Position numbers and translations under genes: made by a program. From Acidobacteriota bacterium (GTDB lineage: Bacteria; Acidobacteriota; UBA6911; RPQK01; G965218465): a stretch of DNA of 64,000 nt. The stretch lies in NCBI GenBank assembly GCA_965218465.1, contig OZ244623.1, positions 2,801,358-2,865,357 of the forward strand, written 5' to 3'. Positions 17,917-27,532 of the stretch are shown in pieces (position 1 is the stretch's first letter; each line of letters begins with the position of its first letter). Below the pieces are notes generated by a model. That model saw only the letters and a program-made list of their open reading frames with translations, was not told where the DNA came from and did not search any database.

Positions 17917-19004
17917 TGTTCAAGCTAATCTATTCCAACATGAGGCAACGATTCACCCGGACCTGTGTCTGTGTTCTGGCGGTTGCTTTGGGAGTGGCGC
18001 TGATCCTGGTGAGCGTGGGCTTGTCCCTCGGTCAGATCACCCACCAAGCTGCCCGAACCCGCAGGGTGGGAGAGATCATGGTGCAGCCTACCGGAGCCTC
18101 GCACTTCTTTGCTCTCAACAGTGGGACCTTTGATATTCGGATCGCCAACGTCATCGAGAAGGTGGAGGGTGTCGAAGGGGTGACACCTATCCTGGCCAAG
18201 TTCCTAGGCGACGAGTTCCATCTGCTTTACGGGGTGGACCGCCATAGCTTTCAGCAAGTCAGTGGGATGCTGACCTTTCTGCGGGGACGCTGGTTCGAGC
18301 AGCCCGACGAAATCATCGTTGACACCAATTATGTGCGCAAGCGCTCGCGTGACTTGGGCGACTCCGTCCTCTTGTTAGGCAAAAATTTCACTATCACAGG
18401 TGTCTACCGAGAGGGGACGGCGGCTAGTGTGCTGCTCCCGTTGACCACCTTGCAGGAGATGAACGGAACTCCCCGCAAGGCCACCATGTTCTTTATTCGA
18501 CCTGACGAGGATACTGGTGTCGAGGAGGTCTACCAGCGGTTGAAGGCCCGCATGCCCAATTATAAGATCACGAAAACGGCTGATCTGCAAGACCTATTGA
18601 CTTCCGAGACACCTGTTTTCAGACAGTTTATTTCCTCGGTTGTGGGGCTATCGGCCTTGATCAGTTTTTTGATGATATTGCTGGCTATGTACAGTACAAT
18701 CACCGAGAGAACACGGGAAATTGGAATCCTGAAATCTTTGGGGGCGTCAAAGTCCTACGTCATACAGCTGATTTTGCGGGAATCATTGTTGCTTTGCGTG
18801 GCCGGCGTCGTGTTGGGGTTTGTCCTGACCTCGATTGCCATTCATTTTATTCTCCGTGCTTTTCCGGGTATGCCGGTCACTATCCCAACAGGTTGGCGCG
18901 TGGGGGCTGCGGCCATGGCGATCGCCGGCGGTGGATTGGGAGCGCTTTACCCGGCGGTGAAGGCTGCCCGATTCGACCCCATCAAGGCTTTGGGCTATGA
19001 GTAA
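17916..19004 (+). CDS. ABC transporter permease, FtsX/MacB/LolE family
   Basis: 362 aa with an N-terminal TM helix, a large periplasmic domain and a C-terminal FtsX domain (..[27 protein letters not shown]..). Its start overlaps the upstream stop (TAATG). Confidence 0.9.
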   Translation: MFKLIYSNMRQRFTRTCVCVLAVALGVALILVSVGLSLGQITHQAARTRRVGEIMVQPTGASHFFALNSGTFDIRIANVIEKVEGVEGVTPILAKFLGDEFHLLYGVDRHSFQQVSGMLTFLRGRWFEQPDEIIVDTNYVRKRSRDLGDSVLLLGKNFTITGVYREGTAASVLLPLTTLQEMNGTPRKATMFFIRPDEDTGVEEVYQRLKARMPNYKITKTADLQDLLTSETPVFRQFISSVVGLSALISFLMILLAMYSTITERTREIGILKSLGASKSYVIQLILRESLLLCVAGVVLGFVLTSIAIHFILRAFPGMPVTIPTGWRVGAAAMAIAGGGLGALYPAVKAARFDPIKALGYE

Positions 19005-19734
19005 GACGGTAGATATCCGGCAAAACAGCCCGTTGCTTGTGGCCGAAAACCTGCGTATGACCTACCGGGTCGGCAAGGTCGACGTACCGGCGCTGCGCGG
19101 AGTCAGTCTAGGGGTTCGCGAGGGCGAGTTGGTTGCCATTATGGGCCCCAGCGGTTGTGGCAAATCGACTCTGTTGCATTTGCTGGGGGGGCTATTGCAA
19201 CCCACGTCAGGCAGAATTATCATCGACGGCTTCGATCTCAGCGTTGCCAGTGATGCTGCTCGAACCGACTTCCGCCGCCGCATGGTTGGGTTCGTTTTTC
19301 AGCGCTTCAATCTTCTCCCCACACTGACGGCTCGAGATAACATCGTGCTGGCTAAACAGATTCGGGGCAACGGTAACACCGGCTACGATCCGACCCGGAT
19401 ATTGGAGCTTTTGGGACTGGCAAACAGACTGCATCAAAGGCCCTCCGAGTTGTCCGGGGGCGAGCAACAGCGTGTTGCCATCGCTCGGGCCATCATTGAC
19501 AGCCCCAAGATTCTGTTGGCAGACGAGCCTACCGGTAACCTCGACTCGGTTAACTCGCAAATGGTGCTCGGGATGCTAAAGGAGCTGAATCTTCGCTATA
19601 AACAAACCATCATGCTGATCACTCACGATTCGGAGGTTGCCTCTAATGCCAACCGAATCATTGAGATGCGTGATGGCAAGATTCTCAACCGGGTCGAGAA
19701 TCTCTATGCGGTGGAGCAGACCCGTCTCAGCTGA
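18997..19734 (+). CDS. ABC transporter ATP-binding protein (LolD/MacB-type)
   Basis: Walker [10 protein letters not shown], signature [14 protein letters not shown], Walker [13 protein letters not shown]. Confidence 0.93.
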   Translation: MSKTVDIRQNSPLLVAENLRMTYRVGKVDVPALRGVSLGVREGELVAIMGPSGCGKSTLLHLLGGLLQPTSGRIIIDGFDLSVASDAARTDFRRRMVGFVFQRFNLLPTLTARDNIVLAKQIRGNGNTGYDPTRILELLGLANRLHQRPSELSGGEQQRVAIARAIIDSPKILLADEPTGNLDSVNSQMVLGMLKELNLRYKQTIMLITHDSEVASNANRIIEMRDGKILNRVENLYAVEQTRLS

Positions 19735-20063
19735 TGATATTGAGCGCGATCCGGAGGGTTCTTTTCTGGACCTACTCCCGAGGTTCCTGGCAATACGACA
19801 TCATATGTTTGGTCATCCTGGCCTTTATTTTCTTCACTCCTCGTAACGTTTTCGACAGATCCGCCCCCAGGGATCCGAAGTCAGGCGAGAGCACCCTTTC
19901 CAGGAAGCCGGATCCGTCGGCCGGACATCGACAGGGGGGCCTCCTTACCCAGTCGGACCGGGCCGACGCCGGAGAGCAAGCCCAGCCCTTACCGGAATCC
20001 ACATCCAACTCCGATGCCCGATCGAATTCCAAGAACGACGAAAATCAAGAGCAACAACCGTGA
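19734..20063 (+). CDS. Small membrane-anchored protein with a disordered polar tail (hypothetical)
   Basis: 109 aa, one TM helix (YDIICLVILAFIFFTP), then a low-complexity S/D/E/Q-rich tail. Start and stop overlap the neighbouring genes on both sides, which suggests translational coupling. Confidence 0.5.
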   Translation: MILSAIRRVLFWTYSRGSWQYDIICLVILAFIFFTPRNVFDRSAPRDPKSGESTLSRKPDPSAGHRQGGLLTQSDRADAGEQAQPLPESTSNSDARSNSKNDENQEQQP

Positions 20064-20761
20064 CTGGACAAGCCTTGCGAAAATTCCTTTTCCTGACCGG
20101 GTGTTGGTTGTGCCTGATGGGAACTCTTTCGGGTGGTCCCCAGCTGACGCTGCGGCAGATTCTGGATCAGGTGGAATTGAGAGGTCAAAACCTGGAGTCG
20201 ATGACGGCCGAAATACGACAGCGGAAGTGGACGGATATTCTGGGGGAGTTCGACGAGGGGGAAAGGGGTCGCTTCCTGTTTCTGCGTGCTAGCCAGAGCG
20301 TCTATCTGCGAAAAGATATCCTCAAGCCGCAACCCAACCACTTGGTGATTGCAGACGGCAAATTACTGCTCTACCAGCCGGTTATCAGACAAGCTCAGAG
20401 ACATCATTTGGGTGAGAACAAAAATCGAGCCGAGTTTCTTCTGTTGGGTTTTGGCTCCAGCCGGGAGTCTCTGGAGAACGCTTACGTGATCGAACTCCTG
20501 GGCCAGGAGTCGGTCGAAAGTCAGATCACGTACGTCTTGAAACTGGTTCCAAAGTCGCACCGGGTTTCGGCCTATTTTTCAGAGATCATCCTCTGGTTCG
20601 ACCCCGAGCTCTGGGTGCCGATTCAGCAAAAGCTGATCGAGCCGACGCATGACTATTTGTTGGTCAATTTTGAGGAGGTCAAACTCAATCCCAAGTTGAG
20701 CAAGGCCGACTTTGCGATCGATCTACCCAAGAACGTCCAAATTGTGGGGGGCAACCGCTAG
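20060..20761 (+). CDS. LolA-like outer-membrane lipoprotein carrier / sorting protein
   Basis: 233 aa with a signal peptide. The length and pattern are LolA-family-like (..LTLRQILDQVELRGQNLESMTAEIRQ..VLKLVPKS..ILWFDPELWVPIQQKLIEPTHDYLLVNFEEVKLNPKL). Confidence 0.75.
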   Translation: MTGQALRKFLFLTGCWLCLMGTLSGGPQLTLRQILDQVELRGQNLESMTAEIRQRKWTDILGEFDEGERGRFLFLRASQSVYLRKDILKPQPNHLVIADGKLLLYQPVIRQAQRHHLGENKNRAEFLLLGFGSSRESLENAYVIELLGQESVESQITYVLKLVPKSHRVSAYFSEIILWFDPELWVPIQQKLIEPTHDYLLVNFEEVKLNPKLSKADFAIDLPKNVQIVGGNR

Positions 20762-20885
20762 TCTCACCCCCTGCAGTAGCACTTGCCGCAGCGCTCACCT
20801 GCTCAAAGTTGGCCAGTGATTTCCAAGGCGAAGCCACGCGCCTCACTCTTCCCGAATCTAGATTTCTTCAGGCGTGCGCCTCAAT

Positions 20886-21485
20886 TCAACCCACGGTAGA
20901 GACATCTGACTTGGCTCTAATCTGGGTGCGGGTATGGAGGATGCGGTGGACGACAGTCCAATTGGCCAGCACGGCAATGACCCACAAGACCGGGTCCATA
21001 TAGTAAAAGGAGCCGATGATCAGCAACACAATCCGTTCGGGTCGCTCTAGGAACCCTACTTTGCAACTCTCGATCAAGCTCTCGGCACGGGCTCGCGTAT
21101 AGCTGATCAACACCGAACCGATCATGGCAACGCCCACCAGAACGACATAGTTCAGTCGGCCTTGGTTGCCATAGTGGATCATCAACCCCAAGTACATGAT
21201 CAAGTCCGAGTAGCGGTCCATCACCGAATCAAAGAAGGCGCCAAATGGTGTTTCAGCCTTGGCCGTCCGCGCCACCATTCCATCGACCATGTCAAACAGG
21301 CCGGCAATAATGAGAATGCCTCCGGCCAATATAAAGCGCCCGCGGGCGTAGGCGATCGCCGTCAATATGCTGGCCACGAACCCCAGAAAAGTGAGGTGAT
21401 TAGGGCGAATGTGGAGCATGGTCAGGAGGGCGACAATGCCTTTTAGAATAGCCTGGCCACCGATACCGATTGCCCTCGAAATCAT
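20886..21485 (-). CDS. CDP-alcohol phosphatidyltransferase family protein
   Basis: The motif D(x)2DG(x)2AR..G(x)3D(x)3D is present as DMVDGMVARTAKAETPFGAFFDSVMDRYSD. Multi-TM. Confidence 0.85.
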   Translation of the reverse strand: MISRAIGIGGQAILKGIVALLTMLHIRPNHLTFLGFVASILTAIAYARGRFILAGGILIIAGLFDMVDGMVARTAKAETPFGAFFDSVMDRYSDLIMYLGLMIHYGNQGRLNYVVLVGVAMIGSVLISYTRARAESLIESCKVGFLERPERIVLLIIGSFYYMDPVLWVIAVLANWTVVHRILHTRTQIRAKSDVSTVG

Positions 21486-21546
21486 GGTCTATTCTCGCCC
21501 TTTTCCAGTCATGTCGTTGTGAAGCGGAAAGTATCGAGACTGGTTA

Positions 21547-22950
21547 TTAAAACAGCCTGAAATTGATCGTCAAGAATTTCTTCGGATTCTGGCGAAAATC
21601 GTAAATCAGTTTGACCAATTCCGAGGAAGCTTGATTGAGGTTTCGATAAAGTTGTTCGTCTTTTGCCAAGCGGCCGAGCGTGCCTTTTCCTTGCTCAATA
21701 TCATCTACGACGCGATTGACCAGATCGAAGGTCTGATCGAGTTTCTGGTGGAGGGCGTCGTCGGTGGATAGCTTACCAAGTGTTCCTTGCCCGGTTTCGA
21801 TGCGCTGGGCAAATTCGTTCACGCTCGCCATGACCTGTCTGGTTTCGTCATAAAGACCTGAATCCTTAATGAATTTTCCTATTCCACCTCGGCCTTCTTC
21901 GATTTCTCTAAGGATCCTTTGCAGGCGTATGATGGAATCCGAGATTTTGTCGTGAATCCCCGGGTCTTGAATCAGCTTGGAGAAGGTACCGTCGCCTTCT
22001 CTGATTTCGTTCAGGAGATCAGTGGCCTTGCCGACTGCGCCGTGCGCCCCTTGCACGGCGGCGTTAAGATTGCGATAGAAATCATCTTCGACAAAAAAAC
22101 GGCCCACTGTCCCCTCACCTCTGGAAAATCTGGCCAGTAGATCCTCCAGTTCCTCCTCAATAGTTCCGAAATTGCTCACAATGTCGTTGACGCCCGTGAT
22201 CAACTCGGCAAAACCGGCCTGGGGGCGCCCTGTAATCAGCACCACTGGCTGCTCTTCATCCCACAAAAAACCTTCAACCAGTTCGGTTTCGACAGCCGGC
22301 TCCTGAGCGGAGCGACCCAAGGAGATCTCGATGTATTTGTCGCCTAACAGGCCAACCGACCCTAGGGATATGTGACTGTCGCGGCGAATCCAGTCGCGAT
22401 ATTCCGATCGAATTTGCAGCTTCACGGCGATGTTTTGTAGTTGTGCCCAGGCACGGTCGAGGCGTTCTCTCAGCCGTCTCAAGTCAACCGATTCAGACTC
22501 CAATTGTTTCTCGAGTTGGGCAACGGTTTGGCGAAGATCGGAAATGGCACGGGCCGGCTGGGGCCCTTCCGAAGCCGAGCGCAAACCGGAGCGGGCTTGA
22601 TCGAGTCCTTGCTGCAGTCGGGCCACGACTTGCTCTTGATCAGCTACCTGAGTGGCTAGTCTATCGATAGTGGTCAATTGGGTCTTGTTTTCCTCTGTCT
22701 GGGGCATCTCATCCGTTTCCGAGATGTAGACATCGACCACATTGCCCACCTCAACGCCGCCCAGCAACACGATGTCTCCAGGCTTGAGTCCCGAAACATT
22801 ATTGAGAAAGGTCTTGGCAAAGAAGGTGGACTCCAGCAACCCCACCTGCGACCCAATGGTGGAGATGGCAACCACCAGTAGGCTGGCGCCGATGATGACA
22901 AAGATGCCCACTTTGAGTTCTGAAAATGAAAGGCGTTTCGTTTCTTCCAT
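21547..22950 (-). CDS. mlaD: MlaD/MCE-domain protein with a long C-terminal helical repeat region
   Basis: N-terminal TM helix plus MCE domain (..LKPGDIVLLGGVEVGNVVDV..), a coiled-coil stretch, then five units of about 40 aa each centred on G.GT.GK/R (GEGTVGRFF, GDGTFSKLI, GRGGIGKFI, GQGTLGKLS, GKGTLGRLA). Lies downstream of mlaE and mlaF. Confidence 0.85.
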   Translation of the reverse strand: MEETKRLSFSELKVGIFVIIGASLLVVAISTIGSQVGLLESTFFAKTFLNNVSGLKPGDIVLLGGVEVGNVVDVYISETDEMPQTEENKTQLTTIDRLATQVADQEQVVARLQQGLDQARSGLRSASEGPQPARAISDLRQTVAQLEKQLESESVDLRRLRERLDRAWAQLQNIAVKLQIRSEYRDWIRRDSHISLGSVGLLGDKYIEISLGRSAQEPAVETELVEGFLWDEEQPVVLITGRPQAGFAELITGVNDIVSNFGTIEEELEDLLARFSRGEGTVGRFFVEDDFYRNLNAAVQGAHGAVGKATDLLNEIREGDGTFSKLIQDPGIHDKISDSIIRLQRILREIEEGRGGIGKFIKDSGLYDETRQVMASVNEFAQRIETGQGTLGKLSTDDALHQKLDQTFDLVNRVVDDIEQGKGTLGRLAKDEQLYRNLNQASSELVKLIYDFRQNPKKFLTINFRLF

Positions 22951-22992
22951 AGTTTTTCTCCGGATGCCGCTTCGCAGGCTGGGAGGAAACGT

Positions 22993-23787
22993 TCAGGTTA
23001 GAAACTCCCGGATGTATTGATCATCGGAAGCAAGGAGCTCTTCGTCACGTCCCTCAAACAGTATTCGACCATCCTTCAGTATAACGAAACGCAAATTGGT
23101 CAAGCACAAGCGTTCTCCCAGCGGTTGAAAGACGACCTGCTGATTTCGATCGTAGGTGGCAAACTCGCTAGCCAGATTACGAGCCGAGTTGAGATCGTGG
23201 GTAACAAAAACCGAAGAGATTCCTTCCAGATCGCGCAGCTTGATGACCAGATCACAGATGGTCCGGCTGGTAATTGGGTCCAATCCTGCCGTAGGTTCGT
23301 CGTAAAGCAGGATTCGGGGATGATCAACCAGGGCCCGGGCGATTGCCACCCGTCGGCGCATCCCTCCCGAGAGCTCTGACGGCATTTTGTCCAGAGTGTG
23401 TTTCAGCCCTACGAATCCGAGAACCTGACGAACTGTTTGCTCCATATCCGCGGCCGAGAGATCTTTATCTTCTTTGAGCCGATAGGCCACGTTGTCTCTA
23501 ACGGTCAGGGAATCGAAAAGGGCCCCCTCCTGAAAAACCATGCCGATGTGTTTGCGGATTGGCAAGAGAGCCTCTTCTTTCAAGTTGGCGATCTCGTGCC
23601 CCTCTACCCAAACACGACCACTGTCCGGCTTGACCAACCCCAGTATTATTTTCAGGATGGTAGTCTTGCCGGAGCCGCTGCCTCCCAAGATGACCTTGGT
23701 TTCGGCTTCGCGCACCGCAAGATCGAGATTCGTTAGAACGGGCTTGTCAAAGGCCTTGGAAACCCGCTCGAATCGGATAGCGATCAA
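22993..23787 (-). CDS. mlaF: Phospholipid ABC transporter ATP-binding protein MlaF
   Basis: Walker A GGSGSGKTT, signature LSGGMRRRVAIARA, Walker B ILLYDEPTAGLD. Overlaps mlaE by 4 nt. Confidence 0.9.
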   Translation of the reverse strand: MIAIRFERVSKAFDKPVLTNLDLAVREAETKVILGGSGSGKTTILKIILGLVKPDSGRVWVEGHEIANLKEEALLPIRKHIGMVFQEGALFDSLTVRDNVAYRLKEDKDLSAADMEQTVRQVLGFVGLKHTLDKMPSELSGGMRRRVAIARALVDHPRILLYDEPTAGLDPITSRTICDLVIKLRDLEGISSVFVTHDLNSARNLASEFATYDRNQQVVFQPLGERLCLTNLRFVILKDGRILFEGRDEELLASDDQYIREFLT

Positions 23788-24545
23788 TTGACCAACTCCA
23801 GGATGATCTTGCTGATAAAGAAATCGGCCACGATCACCATGATGGAAGCCGTCACCACGGCCCGCGTGGTGGCCAAACCCACTCCTCGGGTTCCGCCGCG
23901 CGTGTTCAGCCCGAAGAAGCAGCCCACCATTCCCACAATAAATCCGAAAACAACCGGTTTGACCAAGCCCTCCAGGGCATGGCTGTATTCAAGCGCCAGA
24001 ATCGCTTCGCTCCAATAGAGAGAAGTGTTCAGTCGCAAGGTGTAGAGAGAGACGAGCCAACCTCCGACAAGGCCGAATACATCGGCCACAATCGTCAAGA
24101 GCGGAACCATAGTGGTGCAAGCCACCATCCGCGGGGTCACCAGTTTTCTGATGGGATCTGTGCCCAAGGCTCGCATGGCGTCGATTTGTTCAGTGACCAG
24201 CATTGAACCCAATTGTGAGGCAATGCCTGAGCCCACTCTGCCGGCAACCATTAGCGCTGTTATTGTTGGGCCCAGTTCTTTGATCAGCGAGAGCGAAACC
24301 AACTGGCCGGTCATATTTACGGCCCCAAAGGCCTTGAGGGAGCTGGATGATTGAAGGGCCAACACTCCACCGGTGAAGAAGCCGGTTAGCATCACGATGG
24401 TCAGTGATCCCACCCCGATGAGATCCATTTGAACAAAGGTGTCCCTCACGTAACGGGGTGGACTGAAGAGGTTGGCGATGGCCTGTATACACAAGAGCGT
24501 GAAGTTCTGAACATTCCAGATCAACCACAGTATTAAAGCCATCAT
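23784..24545 (-). CDS. mlaE: Phospholipid ABC transporter permease MlaE
   Basis: 253 aa. MlaE-type motifs: ..LIKELGPTITALMVAGRVGSGIASQLGSMLVTEQIDAMRALG.DPI.. Confidence 0.9.
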   Translation of the reverse strand: MMALILWLIWNVQNFTLLCIQAIANLFSPPRYVRDTFVQMDLIGVGSLTIVMLTGFFTGGVLALQSSSSLKAFGAVNMTGQLVSLSLIKELGPTITALMVAGRVGSGIASQLGSMLVTEQIDAMRALGTDPIRKLVTPRMVACTTMVPLLTIVADVFGLVGGWLVSLYTLRLNTSLYWSEAILALEYSHALEGLVKPVVFGFIVGMVGCFFGLNTRGGTRGVGLATTRAVVTASIMVIVADFFISKIILELVN

Positions 24546-24751
24546 CTTGGGAGGGTTTGCCTTGCCCCTCCAGCGGGGGCTCGGTGGCTATAAGTGTTAC
24601 ACTAATGCCTTGAGCTTTGGCAACTGATGAGGTAGCACTGGAACCGGCGCCTGCAAGGTTGGACCCCAGAAACATCCCTCGAAGGGAACCCGCCCGTGGC
24701 CCTTCAATTTCACTGGCCCACTGACCTGAATAGCAGCAAGGATACTGGTTG

Positions 24752-25258
24752 ATGATTCGACCAATTCTCAAATACGGCGCTCCCCAGTTGATCCAACCCA
24801 GCCACCCGGTCGAGCACTTCGATGGTAATTTGGCGAGCCTGGCCGGGGACATGCTTGAAACGATGTATGATGCTCCCGGCATTGGTCTGGCAGCACCTCA
24901 GCTTGGTGTCAACAAGCGGCTCATTGTGGTCGATATTTTGGGTGGCTTGACAAATCAGCAGTTGGTTCTGGTCAATCCGCAGATCTTGTCAAGTTCAGGT
25001 TGGCAAGAAAGCGAGGAAGGATGCCTCAGCATCCCGGGCTTCACCACCATGGTGCGGCGACCTCATACCATAAAGGTGCAGGCCCAGGACTTGACGGGCA
25101 AGAGCCTCGAGTTCGAGTCGGAAGAGTTGCTGGCAGTAGCGCTTTGCCACGAGATCGATCATCTGGACGGGATTCTTTATCTTGACCGAATCTCACGGCT
25201 GCGACGAGATCTGATCAAGCGGAAAATTCGCAAGTTGGTTAAAGCTGGGGAGTGGTAA
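24752..25258 (+). CDS. def: Peptide deformylase
   Basis: GIGLAAPQ, EGCLSIPG and HEIDHLDG motifs. ATG at 24752; the track starts at a TTG one codon earlier. Confidence 0.93.
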   Translation: MIRPILKYGAPQLIQPSHPVEHFDGNLASLAGDMLETMYDAPGIGLAAPQLGVNKRLIVVDILGGLTNQQLVLVNPQILSSSGWQESEEGCLSIPGFTTMVRRPHTIKVQAQDLTGKSLEFESEELLAVALCHEIDHLDGILYLDRISRLRRDLIKRKIRKLVKAGEW

Positions 25259-26196
25259 TCGTCGACAAGGTTCTTTTTCTGGGAACGCCGGAGTTTGCCG
25301 TTACCAGCTTACAGTGTCTGATTGACGATCCCGGCCTTGAAGTGGCGGGAGTCATCACCCAACCCGATCGCCCGGCCGGCCGAGGGCAGCGTCTTTGCCC
25401 ACCGCCGGTCAAGCGTTTGAGCCAGCGCCACGACATCCCTTTCTTGCAGCCCACCAGCCTGCGCCGTAGTCGCCAAGCCAGGGCCTTCTTGGAAGCTGTC
25501 GAGCCCAAGCTGTTGGCAGTAGTCGCTTTCGGGCAGCTTCTCCCGCGCGTTTTTTTTGCGCACAACGAGCTGGGAGCGCTCAATGTCCACGCCTCGCTGT
25601 TGCCCGCTTATCGCGGAGCTGCTCCCATTCAGGCCGCGCTGCTGAACGGCGATTTGGAAACGGGAATCAGTATCATGAAAATCAACGCCGGGCTGGATGC
25701 AGGAGATGTGTTGGCCCAGCGGGCCATCTCCATCGGTTCTGATGAGACCTTCGGTCAGCTGGAAGCCCGGCTGGCTCATCTGGGAGCGAAGTTGCTGGTC
25801 GAGACGATTTACGGCTGCCTACGAGGAGACGTCAAGCCGGTCCCACAGGGAGATGAAGGGGTATCGTTGGCTCCTTGCATCCAAAAGTCGCAGACCCGTA
25901 TCGACTGGCGTCGTCCCGCCGTGTCCATCCACAATCAGATCAGGGCTTTTAACCCCAGACCGGGCGCGATAACGAGTTTTCGAGGCGAGCGACTAAAGAT
26001 CTGGGCGACCCGCCTAACCGGCGGTCCTAGTTCAGCTCTTCCCGGCCAAGTGGTGGAAGTCGGCTCCACGATTCGTGTGTCATCGGGACAGGGGGATCTG
26101 GCGGTTCTGGAACTTCAATTGCCGGGCCGACCCCGTTGCCGTGCTCTCGATTTTAGCAACGGGCGGCAGTTGCAACCGAGAGAGATCTTTGAGTGA
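25252..26196 (+). CDS. fmt: Methionyl-tRNA formyltransferase
   Basis: ..FLGTPEFAV..VITQPDRPAGRG..LNVHASLLPAYRGAAPIQ... Overlaps the def stop codon. Confidence 0.93.
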   Translation: MVIVDKVLFLGTPEFAVTSLQCLIDDPGLEVAGVITQPDRPAGRGQRLCPPPVKRLSQRHDIPFLQPTSLRRSRQARAFLEAVEPKLLAVVAFGQLLPRVFFAHNELGALNVHASLLPAYRGAAPIQAALLNGDLETGISIMKINAGLDAGDVLAQRAISIGSDETFGQLEARLAHLGAKLLVETIYGCLRGDVKPVPQGDEGVSLAPCIQKSQTRIDWRRPAVSIHNQIRAFNPRPGAITSFRGERLKIWATRLTGGPSSALPGQVVEVGSTIRVSSGQGDLAVLELQLPGRPRCRALDFSNGRQLQPREIFE

Positions 26197-27467
26197 GAGA
26201 ATCGGCGCGAACGGTAGCTGTCCGTATTCTCCAGCGCCAGTTTTCTGCAACTGGGACGCCTGTTGTCCCGAGCCGTTTCACTCCCTTCTGCAAGCTGAGC
26301 CGGCGAGACCGCAGTTTGACCCTGGAACTGGTTCAGGGAGTTGCCCGACAGCTGGGATTGCTTGACTATTACCTTGGTTGTCTCTCACGACGCCCCCTTG
26401 TCAGAATCGATCCGGTGGTGCGGTGGATTCTCAGATTGGGGCTCTACCAATTGGAGTTTCTCCAGATTCCCGCACGGGCCGCGGTCCACCAATCGGTCGA
26501 GCTTTGCCGGTTTTTTCGACACTCCTCGGCTGGAGCCTTCACCAATGGTTTGCTGCGCTCATTCCAGAAGGCTAGACCGAAACTACCCTGCGGCGACAGC
26601 CTTGAGGCGCTTTCGGTCCGCTGGAGCCACCCCCAATGGTTGGTTCGCCGTTATTTGCAGCGCTTTGGCCTTTCGGCTACGCGTGATTGGCTTGAGCGCA
26701 ACAACCAGCTTCCGCAACCGATACTCTGGATCAACCAGCGGCGAATCGATCTAAAGGTCTTTTTGGGTTTGTTGGAGAGCGAGGGAATCGACTACGAATT
26801 AGACCCTCGCAGCCCAAGTTGTGTCCGCGTTGCCACCAGCTTTGCCGTGCACGAACTCTACCGATCGGGATATTGTTTTTTTCTCGATCCCTCCAGTCTG
26901 GAAGTGGCGTTTCAAGCGGCCCAATATTCTCGAGGCAGGGCCGCCGAGCTCTGCGCGGCACCCGGCAACAAGAGCTTCGTGTGGGCCAACCTAACCGACC
27001 CGGCCGTGACTCTCGTCTGTGCCGACATCAGCTACCGCAGGCTGAGAGAGATGCAGGGGCGGGCTCAGTTGTTCCAACTCTCTGAGTTGGCCCTGGTGGG
27101 AGCCGATCTCACCCAACGCGCTCCTTTTTCCGGGCCGGTTTTTGATTTTGTCTTGTTGGATGTGCCTTGCAGCGGTTTGGGCACCTTGCGATCTCATCCG
27201 GAAATTCGCTGGCTGAGAACTGAAGAGGATCTGGCCCGTTACAGTCGACGCCAGGAAACTATGTTGAGCCGAGCCTTCGAAACGCTGCGTCCTGGAGGGG
27301 AGATCCTTTATGCAACCTGTTCGACTGAACCAGAGGAGAATGAACAGGTGATTGAAGGCTTTCTCGCCGAGAATAGTGCTGCCATCCCGGCAGGCGAATA
27401 TTGGCGAAGTTTTCCCGCCAACTCGGTCGGACAAGGATTCTTTACCGCCCGGATTCGACGCCGCTGA
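26193..27467 (+). CDS. rsmB: 16S rRNA (cytosine967-C5)-methyltransferase RsmB/Sun
   Basis: NusB-like N-terminal domain plus methyltransferase motifs (CAAPGNKS, DVPCSGLGTLRSHPE, YATCS). Confidence 0.9.
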   Translation: MRESARTVAVRILQRQFSATGTPVVPSRFTPFCKLSRRDRSLTLELVQGVARQLGLLDYYLGCLSRRPLVRIDPVVRWILRLGLYQLEFLQIPARAAVHQSVELCRFFRHSSAGAFTNGLLRSFQKARPKLPCGDSLEALSVRWSHPQWLVRRYLQRFGLSATRDWLERNNQLPQPILWINQRRIDLKVFLGLLESEGIDYELDPRSPSCVRVATSFAVHELYRSGYCFFLDPSSLEVAFQAAQYSRGRAAELCAAPGNKSFVWANLTDPAVTLVCADISYRRLREMQGRAQLFQLSELALVGADLTQRAPFSGPVFDFVLLDVPCSGLGTLRSHPEIRWLRTEEDLARYSRRQETMLSRAFETLRPGGEILYATCSTEPEENEQVIEGFLAENSAAIPAGEYWRSFPANSVGQGFFTARIRRR

Positions 27468-27532
27468 TACGGTATTATAATGGTCTGCCGGGCAAAGCGG
27501 TGCAACGATGTGCCGCCCGGAGCACGAAACCG

